DNA of 64,000 bases from Methanoregulaceae archaeon UXB-2016 (GTDB lineage: Archaea; Halobacteriota; Methanomicrobia; Methanomicrobiales; Methanospirillaceae). Made by a program: the position numbers and the translations under genes. Location of the stretch: the NCBI GenBank assembly GCA_004332335.1, contig SISS01000013.1, forward strand, positions 2,804 through 66,803, in the 5' to 3' direction. The notes below the pieces were generated by a model. That model saw only the letters and a program-made list of their open reading frames with translations. It was not told the DNA's origin and ran no database searches. Shown piece by piece: positions 9,475 to 19,139 of this stretch; position 1 is the stretch's first letter; every line of letters begins with the position of its first letter.

Positions 9475-10053
9475 TTAAAATAAGGTTTCTCCTCGTCCCC
9501 GGCCGATGTACGGGAGAAAAGCCCGCGACGGGTACTCGTGGATGGTCGTGGCGACCACGAGCCCGTCACCGACACGGTGTAAGACCGCGACCGGGCGGCC
9601 CCCGGCCGTCGCGATCACCTCGCCCTCGACCTCCTCGAACCAGCCGTCGCACTCGATGGCCGCCGGGTCGTAATCGCCGAAGAGGGCGTCGAAGAAGGCC
9701 GGCTCGACCGGCTCTATCCGGCAGGGTGCGTGCTCGTGATGGTAGACGAGCCGAAACGGAAGCCAGTCGTACGCATCGGGCCGGTCGATCGCGGCGCCGA
9801 AGACGAGCAGAGCCCCGCCGCGCTCGAGATAGCGCCGGACCCGCTCGCGCGAGGCCCGGAGTGCGACGAGGGTCCTAGAGTACGCCGGGTTCGCGAACCC
9901 GGTCGGCACGACCAGGACCGAGAACGATCCCCGGAAGAACGGCGCCGCGCAGAGCTGGGGCGTGACCAGGTCGCAGCTGAGGCCGCAGTCCTCGACAAAC
10001 CGGAGAAAGGTGGTCGGGGTCTCCCAGAGCAGGCCGGCGCGGAGATCGCTCAT
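9475..10053 (-). CDS. Hypothetical protein (possible glutamine-amidotransferase-like fold)
   Basis: 192-aa ORF whose start overlaps the rtcB stop in an ATGA. No motif that I can name with certainty. Confidence 0.5.
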   Translation of the reverse strand: MSDLRAGLLWETPTTFLRFVEDCGLSCDLVTPQLCAAPFFRGSFSVLVVPTGFANPAYSRTLVALRASRERVRRYLERGGALLVFGAAIDRPDAYDWLPFRLVYHHEHAPCRIEPVEPAFFDALFGDYDPAAIECDGWFEEVEGEVIATAGGRPVAVLHRVGDGLVVATTIHEYPSRAFLPYIGRGRGETLF

Positions 10054-11492
10054 CCCTTGATCGCCCCGATCGGACGCAGGCGTGCCACGAGTCGACCGAG
10101 CCCGACCTCGTGCACGACCCGGACCACCTCCGTGCTCGACTTGTACACGGAGGGCGCCTCCTCGGCGATCGAGGCGTCGTTCGGCGCCCGGACCAGGATC
10201 CCGTCCCGGCGAAGGGCCTCGCGGACATCGCGCCCGGCGAGCTGCTTCTTCGCCCCCGAACGGCTCATCACCCGCCCCGCCCCGTGGCAGGTCGAGCCGA
10301 AGGTCCGGCGCATCGCCTCCTCCGTGCCGCGGAGGAGGAACGAGGGCGTGCCCATGCTCCCGGGGATGATCACGGGCTGACCCAGCGCGGCGAGATCGGA
10401 TGGCAGGCCGGGGGCGCCCGGTCCGAAGGCCCGCGTGGCCCCCTTGCGGTGGACGCAGACCCGCTCCCGCCGCCCGTCCACCTCGTGCTCCTCGAACTTC
10501 GCGATGTTGTGGGCGACATCGTAGACGAGGGGAAGGTCCTCGGGAGCGAGGCCGAACCGCCGCCCGAAGACCTCCCGGGCGTGGTGGGTGATCACCTGTC
10601 GGTTCGCCCAGGCATAGTTCGCGGCGGCCGCCATGGCCCCGACATAGGCGCGCCCCTCGGGGCTGTCGACCGGGGCGCAGGCGAGCTGCCGGTCAGGAAG
10701 GGTGATCCCATAGCGCCTGGTCGCGGCCTCGAGGACCTGGATGTAGTCCGTGCAGACCTGGTGGCCGAGGCCGCGCGAGCCGCAGTGGATCATCACGGCG
10801 ACCGTGCCCTCCTCCACGCCGAAGGCGGCTCCGGCGGCCGGGTCGTAGATCTCGTCCACGACCTGGAGTTCGAGGAAGTGGTTGCCGGCCCCGAGCGTCC
10901 CCGACTGGGTCAGGCCCCGCTGGAGGGCCTTCTCCGAGACCTTCGAGGGATCCGTCTCGTCCATGCGGCCGTTCCCCTCGCACCGGTCGAGATCGCGCTC
11001 CATGCCCAGGCCGGCTCTCACGGCCCACGACGCCCCGTCCTCGAGCATCGATCGCAGGTCTGCCTTTCCCAGTCGCTGCGACGATCGCGCCCCGACCCCG
11101 GTGGGGACGGCCTGGTAGAGGTCCTCGATCACCTCGGCCTTCTTCAGGATCTCGGCCTCGCGGAGCGGCGTCGCGAGCAGGCGGACGCCGCAGTTGATGT
11201 CGAAGCCCACGCCGCCCGGCGATACCACGCCCTCGGTCAGGTCGAAGGCGCCGACCCCGCCGATCGGAAAGCCGTATCCCCAGTGGATATCGGGCATCGC
11301 GAGCGAGCAGCAGCGGATCCCGGGCAGGGTCGCGACGTTGGCGAGCTGCTTGAGGGCACCCTCCTCCAGGGTTCCCGTGAGCGCATCCGAGAGATAGAAC
11401 CGCCCGGGCACGCGCATGCCCGGGACGTAGCCGACCGGGACCTCCCACTCGAACTGACCGGTCCGCGTGACTCCCTTCACCATTTCAGACAT
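10050..11492 (-). CDS. rtcB: RNA-splicing ligase RtcB
   Basis: Motifs GVGFDINCGVRL, GAGNHFLE and HCGSRGLGHQ. The start is ATG 11492 (MSEMVKGV...), which overlaps the archease stop by 8 nt. Confidence 0.92.
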   Translation of the reverse strand: MSEMVKGVTRTGQFEWEVPVGYVPGMRVPGRFYLSDALTGTLEEGALKQLANVATLPGIRCCSLAMPDIHWGYGFPIGGVGAFDLTEGVVSPGGVGFDINCGVRLLATPLREAEILKKAEVIEDLYQAVPTGVGARSSQRLGKADLRSMLEDGASWAVRAGLGMERDLDRCEGNGRMDETDPSKVSEKALQRGLTQSGTLGAGNHFLELQVVDEIYDPAAGAAFGVEEGTVAVMIHCGSRGLGHQVCTDYIQVLEAATRRYGITLPDRQLACAPVDSPEGRAYVGAMAAAANYAWANRQVITHHAREVFGRRFGLAPEDLPLVYDVAHNIAKFEEHEVDGRRERVCVHRKGATRAFGPGAPGLPSDLAALGQPVIIPGSMGTPSFLLRGTEEAMRRTFGSTCHGAGRVMSRSGAKKQLAGRDVREALRRDGILVRAPNDASIAEEAPSVYKSSTEVVRVVHEVGLGRLVARLRPIGAIKG

Positions 11493-11901
11493 CGAAAAGC
11501 ACCTCGAGGCAGAACTCGCCGTTCGCCTCAACAATGGCAAGATCGCTGTACGAGATCCCCTTGACCTCAGTACCGCCGGCGTGGAGGGCCCGATCGAACG
11601 GCCTGCCCACGAGCCGGCCGACGACGGAGGGTGGAGACGGCGTGACCTTCAGCTCGGCCTCGGTGAAGACCAGGTTCTCCGCCTCCGAGAGATAGAGCAC
11701 CTCCGAGAGGAAGTTGTACAGAAGGGACTCGCGGTCCCCAGACTCGAGATCGATCGGCCGGATCTCGGTCGCAGGTCCCCGCAGGTCCGCGTACAGGGTC
11801 TGCATCAGGGCACGGGCCGCCTCGGCAAAGAGGTCCGCGAGGGACGGGGCCCGGACTCGAAACCGGAGGTCCGCCGTGTGTTCGAGCTCCTCAATACTCA
11901 T
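11485..11901 (-). CDS. Archease (RtcB activator)
   Basis: MSIEELEHTADLRFRVRA... is a typical archease N-terminus. The gene lies immediately upstream of rtcB. Confidence 0.85.
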   Translation of the reverse strand: MSIEELEHTADLRFRVRAPSLADLFAEAARALMQTLYADLRGPATEIRPIDLESGDRESLLYNFLSEVLYLSEAENLVFTEAELKVTPSPPSVVGRLVGRPFDRALHAGGTEVKGISYSDLAIVEANGEFCLEVLFDV

Positions 11902-12184
11902 TGCTGACCGATGGCCGGGACAGCGGCACATAGAACGGGATCATGCCCCGGTGGATCGTGTCGAGGTAGCGGGCCTGGTAGATCGAGACGAAGATCGTCC
12001 GGTCGCCGGCCGGCACCCTGATATCCGTCGGCTTCGGAGGCTTGACCGAGACCGGGAGCAGCACGGGGCCGCCGCACGAGGTGCAGATCCGAAAGTCCGT
12101 CTTCCGCTCGGCCACGTAGGCGATCACGTCGTCCGAGACCTCGAACTCCTCCGGCCGGGGGGCGGCACCGTTCGTGCTGTACAT
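11891..12184 (-). CDS. Small hypothetical protein (97 aa) with a CxxC-like TSCGG element
   Basis: The ORF has a coding-like third-position GC bias and overlaps the archease start by 11 nt. Confidence 0.5.
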   Translation of the reverse strand: MYSTNGAAPRPEEFEVSDDVIAYVAERKTDFRICTSCGGPVLLPVSVKPPKPTDIRVPAGDRTIFVSIYQARYLDTIHRGMIPFYVPLSRPSVSNEY

Positions 12185-12235
12185 ATGCAGTATGGTTCAT
12201 GCAGGCGGGATAAAAAATCTGTCGAGCAGACATCA

Positions 12236-12550
12236 TCAGGCCGAGGTCATCACCCGGGTGATCAGATCGAGGTACTGCTCGCGAAGTTCGTACACCGAGG
12301 CCGTCGTACCGACGGTTCGCCTGACCCTCAGGATCCCGATCCGGGATGCGAGCGTGCCGACCATCGAGGCGACCGAGTGGTAGCTTGTCGGGAAACCGTC
12401 CTGGAGCTCCTGGTAGACATGCGGGATCGTCATCGAACGCGACGCGAGAAAGAGCGAGAGAAGTGCATGACGGATCCCGGTCCTGTCGCGGGAGAGGTAC
12501 CCCCGGAGGCGGCCCTCGATGAAGCCCTGAAGGTCTCCTGGCGGTACCAT
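12236..12550 (-). CDS. Small winged-helix-like hypothetical protein (archaeal, about 104 aa)
   Basis: The start is an internal ATG at 12550 (MVPPGDLQGFIEGRL...). A TATA-like box sits about 27 nt upstream, which suggests a leaderless mRNA. Confidence 0.5.
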   Translation of the reverse strand: MVPPGDLQGFIEGRLRGYLSRDRTGIRHALLSLFLASRSMTIPHVYQELQDGFPTSYHSVASMVGTLASRIGILRVRRTVGTTASVYELREQYLDLITRVMTSA

Positions 12551-12572
12551 GTGCCCTGCATGCCCCGCGCCA

Positions 12573-12581
12573 CTATAAATA
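12573..12581 (-). promoter_or_regulatory. TATA-like box (TATTTATAG on the minus strand) for the 12550 gene string
   Basis: This AT-rich box in GC-rich DNA is centred about 27 nt upstream of ATG 12550. It could also serve secF on the other strand. Confidence 0.35.
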
Positions 12582-12683
12582 CGTTCGCATGGGCCGGCGG
12601 AGGGCCCGAACGGACGATGCAGCGGCGCCAAACCGGTAAAAACCCAACCTTTTAACCCGGCCCACGACCACAACTACTGTCAT

Positions 12684-13535
12684 ATGGGGTTTCGTTACGA
12701 TATCAACAAGTATCCCCCCAAGATGATGGTGACGATCCCTCTCATCGTCCTTCTCCTGGCCCTCGCAGCTCTCGGGGTCAACACGCTCATGACCGGCATG
12801 CCGGTCACGCCCGGGATGGACTTTGCCGGGGGTACGGCCGTCACGGTCTTCACGACCGATACAGAGGATCAGATCGCGGCGGCATTCGCGGGCTACCCTC
12901 TGATCGACGTCGAGACGGGGATTAACGACGGTAGGTACCTGAAGTTCGGCCCGATGGAGGACGCGCAGTTCCGTTCGCTCTCGGCTGTGATCACCGAGAA
13001 GTATCCCGACGCGAAGATCGATCAGATCGGGGCGGCGTTCGGGGCCACGCTCCAGGAGCAGGCCGTGATCGCCCTCTTCTTCTCGTTCATACTGATGGCG
13101 ATCGTGGTCTTCCTGGTCTTCCGGACCCTGGTGCCCTCGCTCGCGGTGGTCATCTCGGCCTTCTCGGACATCGTGATTGCGGCCGCGCTGATGAACATCT
13201 TCTCGATCCCGCTCTCGCTCGGGACGACGGCGGCCCTGCTGATGCTCATCGGCTACTCGGTCGATTCGGACATCCTGCTCACCAACCGGGTGCTGAAGCG
13301 CCAGGGGAACCTGGCCGACAAGATGGCCGGCGCCTTCTCCACCGGGTTCATCATGACCTCGACCGCGATCGCGGCCGCCCTCGCCATGTGGGTCGTCTCG
13401 CTCGTGGGCCAGGTCCAGATCATCCATGAGATCTCGACTGTGATCCTCTTCGGACTCGCGGCCGACATCTTCAACACCTGGGTCCTGAACGCCGGGCTCC
13501 TGCGATGGTACCTCGAAGGGAGGGAGGCGAAATGA
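12684..13535 (+). CDS. secF: Protein-export membrane protein SecF
   Basis: 283-aa polytopic protein with a SecF-like C-terminal 6-TM region. ATGA overlap with secD. Confidence 0.85.
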   Translation: MGFRYDINKYPPKMMVTIPLIVLLLALAALGVNTLMTGMPVTPGMDFAGGTAVTVFTTDTEDQIAAAFAGYPLIDVETGINDGRYLKFGPMEDAQFRSLSAVITEKYPDAKIDQIGAAFGATLQEQAVIALFFSFILMAIVVFLVFRTLVPSLAVVISAFSDIVIAAALMNIFSIPLSLGTTAALLMLIGYSVDSDILLTNRVLKRQGNLADKMAGAFSTGFIMTSTAIAAALAMWVVSLVGQVQIIHEISTVILFGLAADIFNTWVLNAGLLRWYLEGREAK

Positions 13536-15085
13536 AGAGAGAGAAGAAGGAGCGCCGGGTCGCCCGGCGCGAGTCCGAGACGGACTACTCCTCCGGCCCC
13601 GGACCGACCGTCGCGACGGCGGGCGGCTCACGGGGGATCGACTGGAAGCGCCTGCTGATGGACTGGCGGGTCGCACTCGTGCTCGTGCTCGTGCTCGTCT
13701 CGGTCGTCGCCATCTTCCCGCACTTCGAGAACGGCAAGGTCGAGACGAACCTCCAGTACGGCCTCGACCTGAACGAGGGGGCCTGGCTCCAGCTCGAACT
13801 GCAGGCCGAAGTGGTCACGTTCCAGGCCGCAGGACAGGTGAACGACTTTGTCGATAAGCTCGCAACGGACCTCGACACCGACGTGGAACTGGTCGGCACG
13901 AACCAGATCGAGATACGTAAAGGGTTGACCGACGACCAGGTCCGCGCCGCGGTCACGAAGGCCGGCGGCAGCGTGGTCTCGATCCAGCGGGGTGTCTCGC
14001 CGACGACCGCCGACGACATCAAGCGTATCCTGGAGAACAAGATCAACAGCCTCGGCACCCGCGACGCGAAGGTCAACACCCTCTCGGGCATCAACGGCAT
14101 CACCCGGTATATCCGGATCGAGATGGCCGGTGTCGACATGAACACGGCCCAGGAGATCGTGGGCAAGCAGGGCAAGTTCGAGATCCGGATCGTGACGACC
14201 GGGAACACCTCGGAGCACGTCCTCTTCGGCGACCAGATCACCTCGGTCGGGATGCCGGCCCAGGAGCCACCCGGTTCGAACAACTGGGGCGTCGGGTTCA
14301 CCCTCTCCGAGACCGGCGCGACCGCGTTCCGTGAGTCCGCAGTCCGCTTCGGCGCCGTCGCCGACCCCGACAACCATCACCTGGTGATGCTGCTCGACAA
14401 CGCGACCGTGTACGACGCGCCGCTCTCGACCGACCTCGCGGCCCAGCTCCGCGGCGGCCAGAACGTCCGGCAGCTCTTCGCCTCGACCGGTGCGGGGCAG
14501 CAGGGACAGGACGCCGCGACCACGCTCGAGATCCACCTCCGCGCAGGCGCGCTCCCGGTCGACGTGAACGTCGCGGGCTCGGGCTCGGTCTCGGCCACCC
14601 TCGGCGACCACTTCAAGCTGATGAGCCTGCTCGCCGCGCTCTTCGCGGTGATCACGGTCGCATTCGTGGTCTACTACCGCTACCGCGAGCCCTCGATCGT
14701 GCTCCCGATGGTGCTGACGAACCTGGCCGAGATGGTGATCCTGCTCGGCATCGTCCGGTTCATCATCCAGCTCGACCTCGCGACGATCGCGGGTCTGATC
14801 GCGGTGCTCGGCACGGGCATCGACCAGCTGATCATCATCACGGACGAGATCCTGCACGAGGGCAAGGTGCCCTCGCCCAATCTCTACCTGAAACGGCTCG
14901 CACGGGCGCTCGGGATCATCCTCGCCTCGGCCGCGACCGTGGTCGTCGCGATGCTCCCGCTCGTACTGATGGACCTCTCGACGCTCCGCGGCTTCGCGAT
15001 CGTCACGATCCTCGGTGTGGTGATCGGCGTGCTGATCACCCGGCCCGCCTACGGCCGGGTCATCATGGCGATGCTCTCGCGCTAG
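13532..15085 (+). CDS. secD: Protein-export membrane protein SecD
   Basis: The start is ATG 13532 (MKREKKE...). The protein has a large extracytoplasmic loop followed by a C-terminal TM bundle typical of SecD. Confidence 0.85.
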   Translation: MKREKKERRVARRESETDYSSGPGPTVATAGGSRGIDWKRLLMDWRVALVLVLVLVSVVAIFPHFENGKVETNLQYGLDLNEGAWLQLELQAEVVTFQAAGQVNDFVDKLATDLDTDVELVGTNQIEIRKGLTDDQVRAAVTKAGGSVVSIQRGVSPTTADDIKRILENKINSLGTRDAKVNTLSGINGITRYIRIEMAGVDMNTAQEIVGKQGKFEIRIVTTGNTSEHVLFGDQITSVGMPAQEPPGSNNWGVGFTLSETGATAFRESAVRFGAVADPDNHHLVMLLDNATVYDAPLSTDLAAQLRGGQNVRQLFASTGAGQQGQDAATTLEIHLRAGALPVDVNVAGSGSVSATLGDHFKLMSLLAALFAVITVAFVVYYRYREPSIVLPMVLTNLAEMVILLGIVRFIIQLDLATIAGLIAVLGTGIDQLIIITDEILHEGKVPSPNLYLKRLARALGIILASAATVVVAMLPLVLMDLSTLRGFAIVTILGVVIGVLITRPAYGRVIMAMLSR

Positions 15086-15881
15086 GCGCGGGAGCCCGCC
15101 CCCCTTTTCTCTTCGGCGTACTCGATCGCGAGCCACCACAAACCCTCGCGAAGAGCCTCTCCCTCGGTCGGCTGGCCGTGTGAGGGCACCATCCGCCCGG
15201 GCTCCAGGGCCGCGATCCGCCTGATCGAGAGGAGCGCCTGCGCACAGCCCGGAGTGGAGTACGGCGGCGGTCCCTGAATCCGCCCTATTGCATCGCGACC
15301 GAGAGCACCGACTCCTGCCGCACGGTCGCGACCGCGTCGCCGGGGATCAGGAGCCGATCGGCCTCGCGGAAGAGGACGATGTGCCCCGGCGTGTGGCCGG
15401 GGGTGTGGATCGCCTGCCAGCCGGGCATGGTCGGGACCGGGCCGTCGCCGGGCAGGGGCCGGACGCGATCGCCGAGGTCGACCGGGTTCCGCGGGGAGAG
15501 CGGCGCGAGCCGGGCCATCACAGCCCGTGCACGTCCTCGCGCGGCGGCGGGTACATGGCCCGGCCCGTCAGGAACGGCAGTTCGAGCGAGTGGGCATAGA
15601 CGGGCACGCCCCAGACCCGCACCAGGTCCACGAGCGCGCCGACATGGTCGAAGTGGGCATGCGTCAGCACGATCGCCTCGGGCCTGGTGTCGACGCCGAA
15701 CCGCACCTCGGCCGCCTGCCGGATGTAATCGGCCGTGCGGGGCAGTCCCGGCGTCGACGAGTGTCCAGGCATCACGCGTGCCGACAAAGCAGACGTTGAC
15801 GAGGACCACACCGAGCGCGGCCATCGCGGCATCCTGGGCGGGGGTGCTGCCCCCGTCCAGGTCCTGCATCTCCGGGGTCAT
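15082..15881 (-). pseudogene. MBL-fold metallo-hydrolase disrupted by three frameshifts
   Basis: Homologous segments lie in three different frames. The N-terminus (..NVCFVGTRDAWTLVDAG) and the middle-to-C part (MARLAPLSPRNPVDLG..WQAIHTPGHTPGHIVLFRE..) are in the frame of ORF 15285..15881. The segment LPRTADYIRQAAE..VLTHAHFDHVGAL..YPPPRE is in the frame of ORF 15518..15832. The tail GPPPYSTPGCAQALLSIRRIAALEPGRMVPSHGQP.. is in a third frame and ends at TAG 15082-15084. Confidence 0.75.
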
Positions 15882-15946
15882 GAACCGACCCTGGTGGTCC
15901 CCGGAAATTTATCTCTCTGACGGTCGGAGGAGGCCGGGATGCCGGG

Positions 15947-16684
15947 TCAGAGCGGTTCGAGGGCGATCTGTCCGTTCGAGGTCACGACCAGGAGGCGGGG
16001 ACCGCCCGCACCGAGCGTGCCCCGCACCTCGCTCGGCCCTGCCACCGTGGTGGCGAGCGGAAGGCCGCTGACGGTCACCCGGCCGTTCGAGGTTCGGGCC
16101 TCGATCGTGGCATTGATCGATGAGGCGAGCCGGAGGCGGACGGCTCCGTTGGACGTGGTGATCCGGGCGTCGGCCTCGAGCGCCCGGAGCTCGGCCTCGA
16201 TGGCTCCGTTCGAGGTCTGGAGCCGGCCGATGGTCCGGGTCCCCGCGAGCCGGATCGCCCCGTTCGACGTTCCGGCGTCGACTGTGCCGTCGCAGTCGCG
16301 GACCTCGATCGCGCCGTTCGAGGTCGCGACCTCGATCCGGGCGAGGGAGCGGGGCACGTCGACCTCGTATCGGGCCTGCGGCCCGGCGAGGCCGAGCCCG
16401 GCGGCCGGCACAGTCCTCACGGTCATCCGGTCCCCGACGACCTCGATCGAGACGTTCTCGACCCCGCGGCCGTTGAGCGCGCGGACCCGGAGATCGGCCC
16501 GGTCGGAGCCGGTCACGGTCACGGCCCCGTTCTGGTTCTCGAGCGCGAAGGCCGCGAGCCCGCTCGCGGGGTAGACCGCGTCGTGGACCACGGGGACGGT
16601 CGGTGCAACCGAGGCGCACCCGGCGGCGAGGGCCGTGCAGAGGGCGAGGGCCAGGATACGGAGGATCGTCGTGTTCATGCACAT
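15947..16684 (-). CDS. Lipoprotein with repeated TSNGAI beta-strand units (DUF4097 / putative adhesin-like)
   Basis: The start is an internal ATG at 16684/16678. The signal ends in a lipobox-like LAAGC. At least six repeats have the form TSNG(A/R)(I/V). Confidence 0.7.
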   Translation of the reverse strand: MCMNTTILRILALALCTALAAGCASVAPTVPVVHDAVYPASGLAAFALENQNGAVTVTGSDRADLRVRALNGRGVENVSIEVVGDRMTVRTVPAAGLGLAGPQARYEVDVPRSLARIEVATSNGAIEVRDCDGTVDAGTSNGAIRLAGTRTIGRLQTSNGAIEAELRALEADARITTSNGAVRLRLASSINATIEARTSNGRVTVSGLPLATTVAGPSEVRGTLGAGGPRLLVVTSNGQIALEPL

Positions 16685-16731
16685 CCTCGACAGGGGGAAG
16701 AACAAAAAGTGTTTCGGTGAAAAATGGGGGG

Positions 16732-17841
16732 TCAGATCTCGATCAGCTCGTACTGCTGCGTCCCGAGACCGATCTCCTCGGCGTACCGGAGCTGGTGGCA
16801 CCCGTCGGTCAGGCAGCGCATGCCCCGGAACTTGTCCTCGCCCGGTGCGAGGTTCGTCTCGAGCAGGCTCCCGGAGAGGCCCATCTGCCTGTTGACCAGG
16901 TCGAACGAGGCCGCGTCGATCGCGACCGGGTCCTTCGAGGCGACGATCCCGATGTCCGGGACGATCGGGGCGTCGGACCAGGGGACGCAGTCGCAGTCGG
17001 GCGTGATGTTGATCAGGAAGTTCATGAACCCGACCTTGCCCTCCTTGCCCTTGACCGCGCCAAACGCGTACTCGGCCAGGCGCTCCATGAACGGCGTGAC
17101 GTCGGCCTCCCAGTCGATGTCGACGCCGTGGGTGTGGCAGACGTTCATGCAGTCGAAGCAGCCGATGCAGTGCTCCTTGTCGATCTGCGCCTTCCCGTCC
17201 GCCCCCCGGGAGAGCGCGCCCGTCGGGCAGACGGGGATGCACCGGCCGCAGGCCTCGCAGTTCTCTTCGCGGACCATGGTCTTGACCGCGTGCTGCTGCT
17301 GCTTGCCGGCCTGGGTCGCGCAGCCCATCGCGATGTTCTTGATCGCGCCGCCGAAGCCCGCAACGTCGTGGCCGTTGAAGTGGCTCATGGCGATCATCGC
17401 GTTCGCGTCGGCGATCCCGGCTGCGATCGAGACCGCCTTGAAGTGCTTCCTGTCGATCACGACGTTCGACCCCCGCCGGCCCGCGAGACCGTCGGCGATA
17501 TGGATGGGGGCGTTCACGGTCGCGAACGAGAAGCCGTGCTCGTACGCGACAGTCATGTGGTCGATCGCGTTCGCCCGGCTTCCCTTGTAGAGCGTCCGGG
17601 TGTCGGTCAGGAACGGCAGGCCGCCGAGCGCGTGGACCCGGTCGACCACCTGCCGGGCGAAGACCGGGTTGATGTAGGCGTCGCCGCCGCGTTCGCCGAA
17701 GTGGATCTTGAGCGCGACGAAGTCGTGGGGCTGGATGCAGTCGGCAAAGCCCGCGGCGTCGAAGAGCCGGCGGACCTTCATGATCTTGCTCTCGGCGTCG
17801 CCCCGGGCGCGGACCGAGGCGAAGTAGACGGGGGAGCTCAT
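16732..17841 (-). CDS. DUF362-like protein with an inserted 2x[4Fe-4S] ferredoxin domain
   Basis: 369-aa ORF with CEACGRCIPVCP and CIGCFDCMNVCH cluster motifs embedded in a DUF362-like scaffold. Confidence 0.75.
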   Translation of the reverse strand: MSSPVYFASVRARGDAESKIMKVRRLFDAAGFADCIQPHDFVALKIHFGERGGDAYINPVFARQVVDRVHALGGLPFLTDTRTLYKGSRANAIDHMTVAYEHGFSFATVNAPIHIADGLAGRRGSNVVIDRKHFKAVSIAAGIADANAMIAMSHFNGHDVAGFGGAIKNIAMGCATQAGKQQQHAVKTMVREENCEACGRCIPVCPTGALSRGADGKAQIDKEHCIGCFDCMNVCHTHGVDIDWEADVTPFMERLAEYAFGAVKGKEGKVGFMNFLINITPDCDCVPWSDAPIVPDIGIVASKDPVAIDAASFDLVNRQMGLSGSLLETNLAPGEDKFRGMRCLTDGCHQLRYAEEIGLGTQQYELIEI

Positions 17842-17891
17842 GCCGGCACTTGGAAGAGGCCGGGGAAATATCTTTTCCTAAAAAGGAGGGG

Positions 17892-19139
17892 TTAGAGCCG
17901 GCGGTAGTCGATCCCGCGCCGGCGTGCCTCGTCCTGGTCGATGATCCCGCGCACGTCGAAGATGACGGGACGGTCGGGCATGATCCGGGCGATCTCCTCG
18001 AACGAGATCGAGCGGAACTGCTCGTGGGCGACCGAGATGATCACGGCGTCCATAGGCCTGTCCAGCTGCTGGAGCGGGATCGCGCCGAAGTGCTCGATCA
18101 CGGACTCGGGCAGGAGGGGGTCGTACCCGTAGACGTTCGTCTCGAACTCCCTGAGCTCCTCGACCATCTGCTCGACCGGGGACTCGCGGATGTCGGCCAC
18201 GTCCTCCTTATAGGTCAGGCCCATGATCAGGACGTTCGCACCCTTGATCGTCTTGCCCACGCGGTTGAGCCCCTTGACGGCCATGTCCGCGACGTACTTC
18301 GGCATCGAGTCGTTGATCGCGCGCCCGGCCAGGATCACCTGCGGATGGTACCGGACCTCCTTCGCCTTCTGCACGAGGTAATAGGGGTCGACCGGGATGC
18401 AGTGGCCGCCCACGAGCCCGGGGCGGTAGGCGTGGAAGTTCCACTTGGTCCCGGCCGCCTTGAGCACCTCGTTGGTGTCGAGCCCGATCCGGGCAAAGAG
18501 CATCGAGAGCTCGTTCATCAGCGCGATGTTCAGGTCCCGCTGGACATTCTCGATCACCTTCGCGGCCTCGGCCGTCTGGATGTTGGGGGCACGGTAGACG
18601 TTCGTGACGAGCGCGTAGAGCTCGCAGAGCGCGTCGGTCGTCGGCCCGTCCTGGCCCGAGACGATCTTGAAGATGTGCGGCAGGTCGTGGGCCTCGTCGC
18701 CCGGGTTGATCCGCTCGGGCGAGTACCCGATGAAGAAGTCTTTACCGCAGACCAGACCCGACTCGCGCTCGATGGTCGGGATCATGAACTCCTCGCTCGC
18801 GCCGGGGTAGACCGTCGACTCGAGGACCACGATCGCGCCGGGCTTGAGGTTCTGGCCGACCGTCACCGAGGCCGAGATCACGGGCTCGAAGTCCGGGTCC
18901 TTGGACCTGGTGACCGGCGTCGGCACGGCGATGATCACGAAGTCCGCCTCCCGGATCTTCGCCGGGTCGGTCGTCGCCTCGATCCGGTTTCCGGCCGTCC
19001 CGTTCAGCTCGTCGACCTTCTTCTGGTCCCGCCGAAACCCGATCGTCCTCATGTGCTCTGCAAACGCCTCGGCCAGGGGGAGGCCCACGTATCCAAGCCC
19101 GACCACGCAGACCGTCTTATCCGTCACCATCTCCGCCAT
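17892..19139 (-). CDS. Nucleotide-sugar (UDP-sugar) 6-dehydrogenase family protein
   Basis: N-terminal Rossmann motif VVGLGYVGLPLA and catalytic-Cys motif GGHCIPVDP. Confidence 0.85.
   Translation of the reverse strand: MAEMVTDKTVCVVGLGYVGLPLAEAFAEHMRTIGFRRDQKKVDELNGTAGNRIEATTDPAKIREADFVIIAVPTPVTRSKDPDFEPVISASVTVGQNLKPGAIVVLESTVYPGASEEFMIPTIERESGLVCGKDFFIGYSPERINPGDEAHDLPHIFKIVSGQDGPTTDALCELYALVTNVYRAPNIQTAEAAKVIENVQRDLNIALMNELSMLFARIGLDTNEVLKAAGTKWNFHAYRPGLVGGHCIPVDPYYLVQKAKEVRYHPQVILAGRAINDSMPKYVADMAVKGLNRVGKTIKGANVLIMGLTYKEDVADIRESPVEQMVEELREFETNVYGYDPLLPESVIEHFGAIPLQQLDRPMDAVIISVAHEQFRSISFEEIARIMPDRPVIFDVRGIIDQDEARRRGIDYRRL

Noticed and set aside
15960-16560. Periodic DNA signal that could be mistaken for a tandem repeat array.
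   Set aside because: The periodicity reflects the protein-level TSNGAI beta-strand repeats of the DUF4097-like lipoprotein. The copies are divergent at the nucleotide level.
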